DNA of 64,000 nucleotides, taken from NCBI RefSeq assembly GCF_004010195.1, contig NC_057753.1, positions 12,659,631-12,723,630 of the forward strand, written 5' to 3'. Below, piece after piece: positions 25,609-37,635 of this stretch. The stretch is from Chiloscyllium plagiosum (taxonomy: Eukaryota). Below the pieces are notes generated by a model that did no database searches, was not told the DNA's origin, and saw only the letters and a program-made list of their open reading frames with translations. Each line of letters begins with the position of its first letter. The first letter of the stretch is position 1. The translations under genes were made by a program, and so were the position numbers.

Positions 25609-25847
25609 AGTTTTTGTACGAGGCTGGCTCTCGTTCCTGTCACTGTGTCTCTCAGTCCACAGTAATATACCGCGCTGTCAGACAGCTGCAGCTCACCAAT
25701 GGTGAAATTGCCTTCACTGTTCGACGTGTCCAGAGACGTCATAAATCTAGTCACCACTCCCTCAGCTCTGAAATGATTTCCGTAGCTCGGGATGTATATA
25801 AAGAACGTCAGAGATTTTCTGCGGTACTGACGGGACAACTGTAAAGA
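25609..25847 (-). pseudogene. V-e copy A: 5'-truncated V with intact 23-RSS
   Basis: LQLSRQYRRKSLTFFIYIPSYG...ELQLSDSAVYYCGLR, then CACAGTG (25647-25641) + 23 + ACAAAAACT (25617-25609). Homology to V-e copy B stops at 25847, next to a LINE 3' end; leader and FR1 are absent. Confidence 0.9.
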
Positions 25848-25879
25848 TTTGTCACTTATCACCTTCCATTTCAGACCCC

Positions 25880-28790
25880 AAGATATTGGAGCAAAAATTA
25901 GCCATTCATACCATCGAGTCTATTCTGACATTGAATGTTGGCTGTTAAGTTTCTCAAAACCATTCTGCCATTTTCTCGCCATAAGCCGTTGATCTGTTTG
26001 ATACCCAAAAACCTCTCTATCTCTGTCTGAAGTATGGTCAATGATCTCTCCTCTACAGCCTTCTGTGGCAAAGAATTCCATAAATTCACCACTCTCTGAC
26101 AGAAGATATTTCTCCTTATTTCCGATCGAAAAAGTGTCCCCTTCCCTCGAAGGCTATGGCCTCGAGTTCTAGTCTCTTGTCGAAACGGAATCATCTTCAC
26201 ATTTACCCTGTCCAGGACATTCAGTGTTCGAAAATTTTCAACTAGATGCCCTCTCGTCTTTATGAAGTCCATAGACTATAAACCCAGAGGGCTCAAATAT
26301 TCCTCATATGTTAAGCATTTCATTCCTGGGACCATTCCTCTGAATCTCCTCTGAACATGCTCCAGGGACAATACATCCTTCCTGAGATATGGGGCACAAA
26401 ACTACGCACACTACTTCAATTGTGGTCTGACCAGTGCCTTATACAGTTTCAGAAGCACATCATTGCAATTACCTTCAAATCCTCTTGAAGTAAATGTCAT
26501 CATTTCATTAACCTTCCTAACTACTGACTAAACCTGCAAGGTTACATCGAACGAATCCTGGACTAGAACTCCCAAGAACCTTTGCACCTCAGACTTTGAG
26601 TTTTCTTCCCATTTAGGAAATAATCCTTGCCTATATTCTTCAGACCCAAATGCATGATCTCACACTTTCCCACTTCGTCCTCCATCTGCTACTTCGTTGA
26701 TCACATTCTTCATGTGCCTCGCTGCCTCCTTAATGCTGTCTACCCTTCTACCTATTTTCGTATCTTCAGCAAACGTATGCAGGATGTTTTCAATTCCTTC
26801 ATCAAGATCATTAGCATATACTGTGAAAAGTTGTGATACCAACGCTGAGCCCTGTGGAAGGCTGCCATCTTGAGAAGGACACTTGTATCCCCCACCCTCT
26901 GTTTTCTGCCATAAAACCAATCTTCGATTCATGCTGGTACCTTGCCTCTGAAACCATGGGCTGTTATCTTACTTAATTGCCCCCTGTACATCAACGTGCC
27001 AATCACCTTCTTGAAGTCCAGTTTTTATACATCCATTGGCTCTCCCTGGCCAACTGGCTAGTTACTTTCTCAAAAAGGTCGAGCAGTTTAGTCAGGCATG
27101 GTCTCCCCTTAATGACACCAGGCGGAGTTTCCCCTATTTTACCTCACATGTCTCAGTATTTAGAAAGCTCATCCTTCACAATAGATTGCAGGATCGTGGT
27201 TCAATCAATCAGTGTGTAACTTTCCGTCTTTTGCCTTAATTCCTATATAAACATGGGTATCATGTGAAATAATTTCCAGTCCTTTGGGACCGTCCCTGTT
27301 TCAAGCGATTCCGGAAAGACCATCACGACTATCTCTTCACGTATCTCCCTTAGAACTCTGTGGTGCAATCCATTTCGTTCAGGTAATTAACCCAACTTTC
27401 TTGCACCTTCTTCTTTATGATGGTCACCATACTCAGCCCTGCCCCCTCGCGCTCTGAAAGGTTTGGGGATTCTACTTGGCTCTTCAACCATGAAGACTGA
27501 CACAAAGTAATTATTAAGTGCCTCGGTCATTTCTTTGTTCCTCACTACTCTCTGTGCAACGTCATTTTACAGCGGCCTCTGTTGCCCTCCTTAGATATAA
27601 AGAAACCCTTACAGTCTTCCTTCATATCAATGACGAGGTTACTGTCACATTAACTCTTCTCCCTTCTTACTTCTTCCTTTGTTGCTCTCTGTCGCTCTTT
27701 GTAAGTTTCCCAATTCTGTAGTTTCCTACTACCTTTCGCCACATTATATGTTTTCTCTTTTGTTTTATGATAACCCTGACTTTACCAATCAGTCTTGGTT
27801 GTCTCTTCCTCCCCGTACCATGCTTCTTTTCCTTCAGATAAATCTCTGCTGTGACTCCTGACTTACTTCAACAGACCCCTGACATTGCTGTTCCACTGCC
27901 TTTCCTGCTCGCCTTCTCTCCCAGTTAATTCTAAACTGCTCCTCCCCATGACTCTGTAGTTGTGTTTGTCCAACTGCAATAGCGCTACCTTTGATTCTAT
28001 CCTCTGCCTCACTAATTTTAGAATAAATCCAATCATACAAAGATCACGGCCCCTAAGTTTTCCTTTCCCTTCAGATTCCTTATCAATTCTGCCTCATTGT
28101 ACGAAAAGAAATCCAGTTTTGCCTGTTCGCCAGAATGTTCCACGACAAGCTGCTCCAAAACGCCGTCTTGTCAACATTGCACGACTTATTTTTCTTGCAA
28201 TCCACTACGAACCTTATTTTCCTTGTCTATCTGCAAATTGAATCCCCATAATCTCTGCATTCTTTTATTTCCAACGCATCTTTTCAATCTCCTTGTGTAT
28301 TTTGCATCCATCTCCTGACGGGTAATTGGAGGCCTATATTTTTATTTGCTTCTGTAGTTCCTCAATACTACGTTATCCTTCATTTCATGCTATTCATTTA
28401 GTTATGTTTATTACTAATTAGGCGATCCCACCCCTCTGCCCACTTGTCTATATTTTGAAAAGACGTATATTCTTGAAAAATATTCAGCTGTCAATCCTGA
28501 TCACCTTGCAGCCACATCTCCGTTATGCCCACCACATTTGTCGTGCCAATTTTGATTCACGACCCAAGCTCACTTGCCTTATTCGTTACACTGCATACGT
28601 TCAGATGAACACCTTCAGTCTTGTAATAACCGTCCCTCTTCTTATTATCATTCGTTTGTACGGCGTGTTTGACGTTTGATTACTCACACCTTCCATGCAG
28701 TCTGTCCGATGTGAGTCTGTGCTGGTGATTTTAATAACCCCTCCTAAGTTTCACCATGTATCTTAGCAAGTCTGTTGTTGATGTTCGAAA
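25880..28790 (-). mobile_element. CR1-clade LINE (~2.9 kb, degraded)
   Basis: PQGSALVSQLFTVYANDLDEGIENILHTFAEDTKIG (RT) and ETRTRGHSLRGKGTLFRSEIRRNIFCQRVVNLWNSLP (CR1 C-terminus). Confidence 0.9.
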
Positions 28791-30424
28791 CTGNNNNNNN
28801 NNNNNNNNNNNNNNNNNNNNNNNNNNNNNNNNNNNNNNNNNNNNNNNNNNNNNNNNNNNNNNNNNNNNNNNNNNNNNNNNNNNNNNNNNNNNNNNNNNNN
28901 NNNNNNNNNNNNNNNNNNNNNNNNNNNNNNNNNNNNNNNNNNNNNNNNNNNNNNNNNNNNNNNNNNNNNNNNNNNNNNNNNNNNNNNNNNNNNNNNNNNN
29001 NNNNNNNNNNNNNNNNNNNNNNNNNNNNNNNNNNNNNNNNNNNNNNNNNNNNNNNNNNNNNNNNNNNNNNNNNNNNNNNNNNNNNNNNNNNNNNNNNNNN
29101 NNNNNNNNNNNNNNNNNNNNNNNNNNNNNNNNNNNNNNNNNNNNNNNNNNNNNNNNNNNNNNNNNNNNNNNNNNNNNNNNNNNNNNNNNNNNNNNNNNNN
29201 NNNNNNNNNNNNNNNNNNNNNNNNNNNNNNNNNNNNNNNNNNNNNNNNNNNNNNNNNNNNNNNNNNNNNNNNNNNNNNNNNNNNNNNNNNNNNGTGTTTC
29301 GGGATGTGTGGTTTTGCTCAAACATTCAATCGCCTTCTCAGAATACAGCATGCATCATTAGGACCAATATTAGTCGAGGTTTCTTCACTCAAAGGATGGA
29401 GAACCTCTCAGTGTAGCTTGTGGGACATTTTCAAATGCTTGGATGAAATAAATATAAACTACATAAACTGCATTATCCGCATCTACATACCTTATCATAT
29501 TTTCAAAACATTTATTTGTTTGTTATGAACAGCCTCAGTAAAAACCATGCTAATTATCCATGATAAAATCTTACCTCTCTTCGAGGACAACAATTCTGTC
29601 CTTCACTTTATTATTCGATCATTTTCCTCCACTGATGTGGCACCCAGTGATCTGCAATTTCCAGCTAAATACTGAACATTTTTCCTGAAAATTTGAACCA
29701 CATTAACTATTTCCGGCCCTCTGGCACCTTTCTGCAGCCAGTGTAAATGTTAATGTTGGGTGAGGTACGCCTTTCATTTACTCCTTATCTCCCAAAGCAG
29801 ACTAGGATACAACGAATTTGGAAATTGGATTTTCTCTATGACTTCCAAACTGAAGTTACATATGCCACAGAAATAAACCGAGAGTGAACATTAATTGAGG
29901 CAGTCTGTAACTGGAGGCATTTGGAGTCACTAACGTAATGAGACTGTCACAACGTTTCCAAGTCCATCCACAATATCATATTTCCAAAAAAAGTCACCTC
30001 AATCAGTCACGAAAGAGTAAAATCCACTAATATTTTAATCTGCCAGCCATATGTTATAAAACACTCAGCTGTGCCTCTGACTGTTCAAAGGATTTTGATC
30101 TTTTGACTTTACTCCATATTTCTCAGGTTATCTTTGTTTAAATTGCAATTTATGAGACTCTGGGATCTTAGCAAGATAGCCGAGGAAAAGGGAACGCAGA
30201 TGATCACTTCATAGAAATGGATAAAATGGTCACAAGAAGATAATAGTAAAAGGCAATATGTCAGAAATTGTACCGAGGATACCAAATTTAATGAATAAAT
30301 TCGACAATCAAGACAGCAAACAATACATTTTATTTGCTTTTGTGGTATTCATTCATGTCTGATACACTGTGGAATCCCAATAATTTTACATGGTGTTTCA
30401 AATTAAAAATTAATACTTCATATA

Positions 30425-31222
30425 TTGTTGTGGTTCTGTTCGCCGAGCTGGGAATTTGTGTTGCAGACGTTTTGTCCCCTGTCTAGGTGACATCCTCAGT
30501 GCTTGGGAGCCTCCTGTGAAGTGCTTCTGTGATGTTTCCTCCGTCATTTATAGTGGTCTGTCTCTGCCGCTTCTGATTATCATTTCCAGCTGTCCGCTGC
30601 AGTGGCTGGTTTCTTGGTTCCAGGTCGATGTATTTGTTGATCGAATCTGTGGATGGCAACCCAATGGACTAGAAGGACTGCACAAAACACTACATAGGAC
30701 AAACAGGAAGACAGCTAACGATCCGTATCCATGAACACCAACTAGCCACGGAACGACACGACGAGCTATCCTTAGTAGCCGCAAGCACAGATGACGAGCA
30801 ATATGAGTTCGACTGGGACAACACGACTATTATAGGACAAGCCAAACAGAGAACAGCCAGGGAATTCCTAGAGGCATGGCACTCATCCACAGATTCTATC
30901 AACAAACACATCGGGCTGGACCCAATTTACCAATCAATGCCGCAGACAGCTAGAACTGACAACCGGAAGTGGCAGAAACAAACCACTATAAATCCCGGAG
31001 GAAACATCACAGAAGCACTTCACAGGAGGCTCCCAAGCACTGAGGATGTCACCTAGACAGGGGACAAAACGTCTGCAACACAGAAGCGCTTTACAGGAGG
31101 CTCCCAAGCACTGAGGTTTTCACCAAGACAGGGGAAGAAACGTCTGCAACACAAATTCCCAGCTCGGCGAACAGAACCACAACAACAAGCACCCGACCTA
31201 AAAATCTTCTCACAAACTTTGA
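30425..31222 (+). mobile_element. Penelope-like element: inverted partial terminal repeat + GIY-YIG C-terminal coding tail + tandem terminal repeat
   Basis: 30673-31056 is open: KDCTKHYIGQTGRQLTIRIHEHQLAT...FDWDNTTIIGQAKQRTAREFLEAWHS (YIG motif with conserved R and E). 30425-~30650 is the reverse complement of the 3' end. Flanks acttcatatattgttg / acttcatgtattattg resemble a target-site duplication. Confidence 0.9.
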
Positions 31223-34200
31223 ACTTCATGTATTATTGAAATGTGGAGAAAAGAAATAAAAAGTGGTGACTGTATCTCCAGGTTCCAGCTCTTAGAATTT
31301 GATAACGATTTATGTTGTGGACTCCAAATCGCGTTGATCATTCGCAACAATTGCACACAGACTCCAGAACAAGAAAAAAAACATCGTGCAATCTCAGCAA
31401 GTTCACATTTCCAGATCATAACGCCAATAAAACGCCAATTGAAACGATATTAGATGATGTGTGGCAAAACTATTTGTTTCATTACAGTAGAATAATAAAT
31501 TTTTCATTTGCTTGTTTGAAAATCTGAAAGAAGAGCTTTTGTATTGCATGATGTATTTGACCATCACTCTGTGTGTTGCAGTAGGAATGTGGTTATCAGT
31601 AATAAGTGAAACTGTCTTCAATTCTCATATATTGAATCTCCTTTGAAAATGTCTGTGCCCCTTTAGTTATCCGTTTCAACAAATCTGCCTCTGCTGTAGA
31701 TCCACTCCTTGTCTTTCCCGGTCTGGCTTTGCCTGAGGAAGCATATTATAAATAATTATCCAAGTTGTGAATATAATAAACAGAGCGGATGGCGAGAGAC
31801 TATTCTGATTTCTCGTCACCATGGACGGGATCTGTGTCACAAACTGACTGAAAGCGACTGGAAATTACACAAAGGTAACATAACTGGTAATCGGAGCAAA
31901 ATAAAACAACAAATGGTGCTAACCTCGCAGCAATGCTAGCAAACGACGTGGTTGTGGGCATCATTATTTTGAATCAAAATAAGATCTGTTTATTTCATCA
32001 GTACTCTTGTATCCAGGTAAACGGAGTGAAAATAACAAAGATGTTTCTGCCACCACCAGATGATGGTTTGCATTACGTGCAGTTGACGCCTGCAGCCAAG
32101 AAATATTCAGGGAGACTCGACTTCGGGGTTGGACTGGAATACTGGAAAGAATCGAACAGATCTGCTCGTGGAATCTCCTGAGATTACTGATGGGCGGGAC
32201 GGTTACCTGAAATCACTTAGTGAGCTATTTGAACACGCAAGTTTTCAAGAGGGATCACGTGGTGTTCTGTGAAACCGATGCGAATGCTGTGCCCAAATTG
32301 GGATGGTATCAATGGCATTTGGGATGAGCTTGTGAGTTGGTGAAGTCGTTTAACTTCCATCACATGAATGAGGAAGGAAATCAATTCTTACACTTTCATT
32401 GGGTGCGTCATATTCCAAAGAACAGCAACTCGACTCAATGATTAGTCAACTTAGAGGCAAATGGAAACAAAATGCATTAAGAATAAATGTTCTCTGTCAT
32501 TTTAGCCAATGTTTCTTTCCTCCTTCTCCATCAAAGGTTGCATTTAACAATGACTTAAAGCAGCATCCGAAAAAGCAATGGATATTTGGTTAACTTTTGA
32601 AAAAAATATTTATTGTTTGTTTTTGAATTGGGTTTGCCTAGGTTACTCTGGCAATGGAACTGATACTGTTATCTTGATGTCTCCATATCAAAGCAGATTT
32701 GTTGCTGTATCACAAATAATGATTTTCCATGAACATACAACAAATTTTCCAATACTGTCGACCTGTCAAAACAACACTGCATTATGCTCCATCTTTGTTT
32801 ACATCAAACGAGATGTAAGATTTTGTAATCGACCATATATGAGTGAATACCTTACTGTAGCACAAACTCTGTTGTTTTTCTGATTAGAAAAGGCTCTGCC
32901 TCAGGTATTTTTGCATTGGACCGTGCCGTGTTTTATGTGTTATTGATCATGTCTCTCTGCACTTTGTGTTAAGATTTCTAATCCATGTTTTATAAATTAA
33001 TCTCTATTCCTCCATTTTAATTCCCACCTTCCCCTCCCCCCTTCCCAAAAAATCTCTAGGTCATTCTCAAGTGTTTTGGCATAACATCTGAACATGTGGG
33101 ACAGGCTGAAGGTCTGAACACTCTACTCCTGGTCCTAAGGGGCATGAATGCATGCTCACATTTATTTCAAGTGCCTGCTACAATGTAAAGTTGTTGTTCA
33201 TTTATCCCATGAGTTCAGCACAGTTGACGGGCAGATTTAAAGTTATAAATTAACTTAAAACAAGAACTGTGGTCGCAATTCATTCTAGCGCACAAATCTA
33301 TCGCAGTATTGTTCGATTGCTGTCAGTCGCAATGGTCTTGCAGCACCCATTACCTGCATCCAGTGCTTCATGTAATGTGAAGTAAATGGAATTGGCTGAG
33401 GCCCGGCTTTTGTGATGATCAGTACAACACCAACAAACAGCACCCATCAGCTGATCTGTTCTTCCTGCTATTAAGGGTGATAATAACACCGCACATACTG
33501 TGGAGTTCGGTATTAGTTGGTTTGATGGTGTAAGTTGGTATTGTTGTGGTGACTACAGATATGTCTGTTCTGGCATTCAATAAAATCATGTCTGATTTGC
33601 ATCAAGTGGAATCGCCAAACCACATCGTGCATCCTGCCAAATCACATACGCAGACGTTCTGGCGAAATGACCAAGATTGAACTCAAGGTTTCTGAGTAAG
33701 AAACATTTGATGCTTGAGTATTCATTGTACAGTTGAGAAGTGCCTCAGCCAAGGGATAACCTCATGCGCTGAGTTCAATGCGTGCAGTAATGTATCCTTT
33801 GCGACAGCAGTTGAACATTAACGGGACTGAGAATTCTCTGTGCTCAGGGATTTTTCCATTTGGTTTAATTTTAGCTGGCAACATAGAGAAGCAGCTATAA
33901 TGGAAAGAGGGTCCATGCTTCAGTCAATGATCTCTGACTGATCCTCTCTGCAAGCTCTCTCTTGTACGAATCTGTGTTTGAATTTACATTTTTTTTCCAA
34001 CTGGTGTGTTTATGGGGTTATTCCAGAAATTGGAACAGCGTCATTAAATTCCCACAGAGTCGGCAGGTTTCTCAGATAATTTATGTCATTGTATATTCCA
34101 TTCTATTCTGTTCTTGTTTCAAACTGTAGTCTCTCCATAAATTCTGTTTTGTTTAAAACTGAGTGGTTTGACCAGATGTGTCGGTCATGGAATGTCCACG

Positions 34201-34274
34201 CTTATTTGTTAAAACAACAAGAAAAAATAGCGTCTGGACTCCTTTGTTGAAATGTTAAAAGGGGTCTGGCTTGG

Positions 34275-34564
34275 TCCAGAACACATATTACCTCAAAAAA
34301 GCATGAAGAAGATAAGCAGAAATAAAAGAAGCAACAGAAAGAAAAGGGAACGATCGGGTCACCTCGCCCCTTCCTCCATGAGACGCACAGCCTGGAATTC
34401 AAAAACACAGATTCATCCATCCAGAACACATATTACCTCAAAAAAGCATGAAGAAGATAAGCAGAAATAAAAGAAGCAACAGAAAGAAAAGGGAACGATC
34501 GGGTCACCTCGCCCCTTCCTCCATGAGACGCACAGCCTGGAATTCAAAAACACAGATTCATCCA
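34275..34564 (+). repeat. Two tandem 145-bp units (single copy at ~7520-7664 in copy A)
   Basis: tccagaacacatattacc...cagattcatcca occurs at 34275 and 34420, apparently identical. Confidence 0.95.
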
Positions 34565-36155
34565 TTCATCAGCAAACACACACGAGTGAATCATCGCCGC
34601 ACGATGCAGCAAGAATTTCGCCATCACCACCGTCAATTACCCAGGCCCAGGCTTGGCTTAGAGCCATGCCACTTCAGCTACCATTGGAACTGTGTCCTGT
34701 TGTTTCGCATATGTTTATCTGCATTATTCTCCTGACTGTTCTTTCACAGTCAGTTGTGTCTCAGTAAGATTTTTTTTGTCCATTCATGACAGAAAAGTGC
34801 ACTGCATTCTGTTGCGAATTATGATGGATAGATTTCTGAGTTAAAGGGTTTGAAGGGCGCAGCACATAACTTTGATAAATTAAGTGTGTTTCACAGTGTT
34901 TTCTTGGTTTTTGACCCTTGGTGATATTTTCTTCAGATATTGCAGGATACATTCCCAATTTTCTGTATTTGATATCGTGCTTTACTACTTCCAAGTCATG
35001 TTGATACTCAATTATTGTGATTTTAGAGGAACTGTATATGAAACATATGCGGCAGTATTCCTCACAACGACTTGAAGTCTTTATTAACAACCTTCATCAT
35101 GTGTTCAAAGAAAATGCTTTCTCAAAATCCCGTGACGACCTGCCTTCTTAGTAAGGTTATTATTCATAGAAGCTGGTTTCACTTCCGTCTGAATATTCCA
35201 AATTTAAATTGCAAAAAAACATGCTAATTATATGCACCTCAGCTTTAATGCACATTCTAATGAATATTACCGAATTAACAGCTGCGTGTTAATAGAGTAT
35301 ACTTTTTTTATTAGCTCCTGTGAAGTGTTAACTTGTCGTGTAATTCCCTCGTGGGTCATTTTTATCCAAATTGTGGTCCATCATAAAAAAAAACAAAAGC
35401 CAGTTTCGATTGGAGCCAACTGGAGGGAACTTGCGTCAGATCACATGGACACTTGATCTGATTTTTGGCAGACAAACTACACTGACCTGAAATTGCACAT
35501 AGATATTGTGCCAGTTTTTGTGCAACTTATCAAGGCACTAACCAGATTTATGCACAAGTACGACTGTTCTGAATCAGACATATTTGTACTGAGTGTAACA
35601 GTCTAGATCTGAGGGTTTGGTTATAATAGCACAGACGTGGTGATGTATCAGTGAAGATTTGAGTTCATGCATCTCGAATGTGACTACTTTGAGGGATTTA
35701 TCGATAATTTTGTTGCAACCAATTGTGTTACAGGTTTTCAAAATCATTTTGACCTTGGCGAATGATCAAACAGAAAAAAAAATATCCTGAGTGAGAAGAT
35801 GGTTATGTCCTTCAAGACAATTTATTTTTGTCAGACCGTTCAGTAATGCAGATGTCCACTTTGACCCAAAATCCAAGTAACTCTCTTTCTTTCATGTGAT
35901 GGAATGCAAGTTGGAGACTTCTACAAACTCCGACAATTTCCTATAGGAGTAGTGACTTAGCCCATGGAAAACAATCGATTCCATTTTAACAGAAGCTTCT
36001 GTCAAACAGCAGCTGCACTGACCTGTTTTGTTTCAGTAATTGGTAATTAACATGAATGATGTAATATCTGATTTTCTCCCTGCGGACTTACCACCCTCTA
36101 CAACAATGATACCTTTTGTGGTGAAGTGCATAATGCACTGGAGTTTTCATTAGAA

Positions 36156-36225
36156 ATGCACGGAATACCAGAAGGTGTGGTGTTTGCCATCTACTATCCC
36201 ATCATTGCAATCATTGGAGTGCCAG
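36156..36225 (+). CDS. GPR139-like orphan GPCR copy B, coding exon 1
   Basis: MHGIPEGVVFAIYYPIIAIIGVP + G, donor ccag|gtgacg, 70 nt. Confidence 0.85.
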
Positions 36226-37635
36226 GTGACGTATAGAACTTCAGCTGTAACTTCATGTATCATAATTCAACTGCGTCAGTTCTTCATTTCGCCGCTAACA
36301 AATCCCCATATTGATATTGCGTTTAACTAGTGACGTTTATCACTTCAATGGTACAAATTATTCTGCTTATTTGATAAAATTTCTGTATTTTAATGCCATC
36401 ATTTTCTCCATTAACCTCTTTGCCTGGTCACTTAACGTTATAATTTGTGTCATTGGCTGAGGTTTTTTCCCTCCATCTGAATATTTTATTCTCTCTCTTT
36501 CAAAGTTGTACTCTGGGACTTTATCCACATAGTTTCTTTGAAAGACCTGCTTAATTTATCTCTTCAATGTTTGTGTGCCTTTATGCGCCAAGTTCCACTT
36601 CACCACTTTAATACTTACCCGATTTATCATTATCATCTCAAGATGCAAACATCATTCAATTTTTTCATTCACTGTCTCTGCGAGGGATAAATACTGTCAT
36701 TATATCTGTTGAATGCAGTTATGCGTATTATTAGCAACGCTTTGAACCTCCAATTGCCACAAAATTACTGCAATGTAAACGTGTTGGATTTTAGCTTAAA
36801 ATATGCTCGTTAATGGCGCAGAAATATAAGATATTCTGCTGCATTTTTAGCAGAGATAATGGCTCAGTTGTTTCTAATTATCCAGGATTTATTCTTTTTT
36901 TCCAGATTTCAGTATCGTCATAAATTACGAAATTAAGGCCCTTATTCAGGAAGTGGAGGGTTGGGTATTGGATGTTTCATAAAACAGGAAACTCACCGCC
37001 AGTTAGTTTAACATCTCTCAAACCATTTAAGTTCAAATTCATTGTAAAATTCATTGCAACAGGACTATTGAGATAAAAGTAACCAGGCATTGTAAATGTA
37101 CTTTGTCAAAACAAATCCTCATTAAACTTTATTGGACTTTTTCAAAAAATTATAACATAACGTGTGGAACATTTGAAAAACGCAGATTTCCAAAATGTAT
37201 TTGGCAAGATATCATATTAATGTGAAGAATAATTGACACAGTGTAAGAATTGTTGCACTTGCGTAGATAGATAAACTTGCTAACAGGAAACCAAGAGTTG
37301 GCCAAATGGTATTTTATTGGCACAATGCAAACTTTGGCGTAGCCCAAGTTTTAGTGCTGATTCTTTGAACTTTTAGAATGTTTCCGAATACCATGGATAA
37401 CGGTAAGAAGTATCATTATCATACATGATACGCCTCAGAAATAGATTTGAGCGTATGTTTCAAGAGTACATAAGCTGGTTCAAAAACACAGTCAAGTGAG
37501 CAGAGAAAACTGAAAACCAGAGTGTAACGTAAGATAAATGTGAAATTGCGCATTTTAGGTGAAACAGTAAAAAAAAAGAAAAATATCCAAATGATAAGCA
37601 TTTGCAGAGTTCTAGGCTGAGAAGTTTTGTACTTG

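Larger units (their letters stand above)
7064..25847 (+). repeat. Segmental duplication, copy A (~18.8 kb)
   Basis: Colinear with 33819-54229 from taacgggactgagaa to ggacaactgtaaaga. Same order of GPCR exons, intronic LINE, V-b, V-c, V-d and V-e. Confidence 0.95.

Noticed and set aside
28731-29416. Long ORFs spanning N runs (also 3197-3841, 4958-5506, 19602-19890, 47661-48183)
   Set aside because: Artefacts of untranslatable gaps.
31933-32300. Possible V relic on the plus strand
   Set aside because: Only vague motif echoes; no Cys/Trp framework or RSS.
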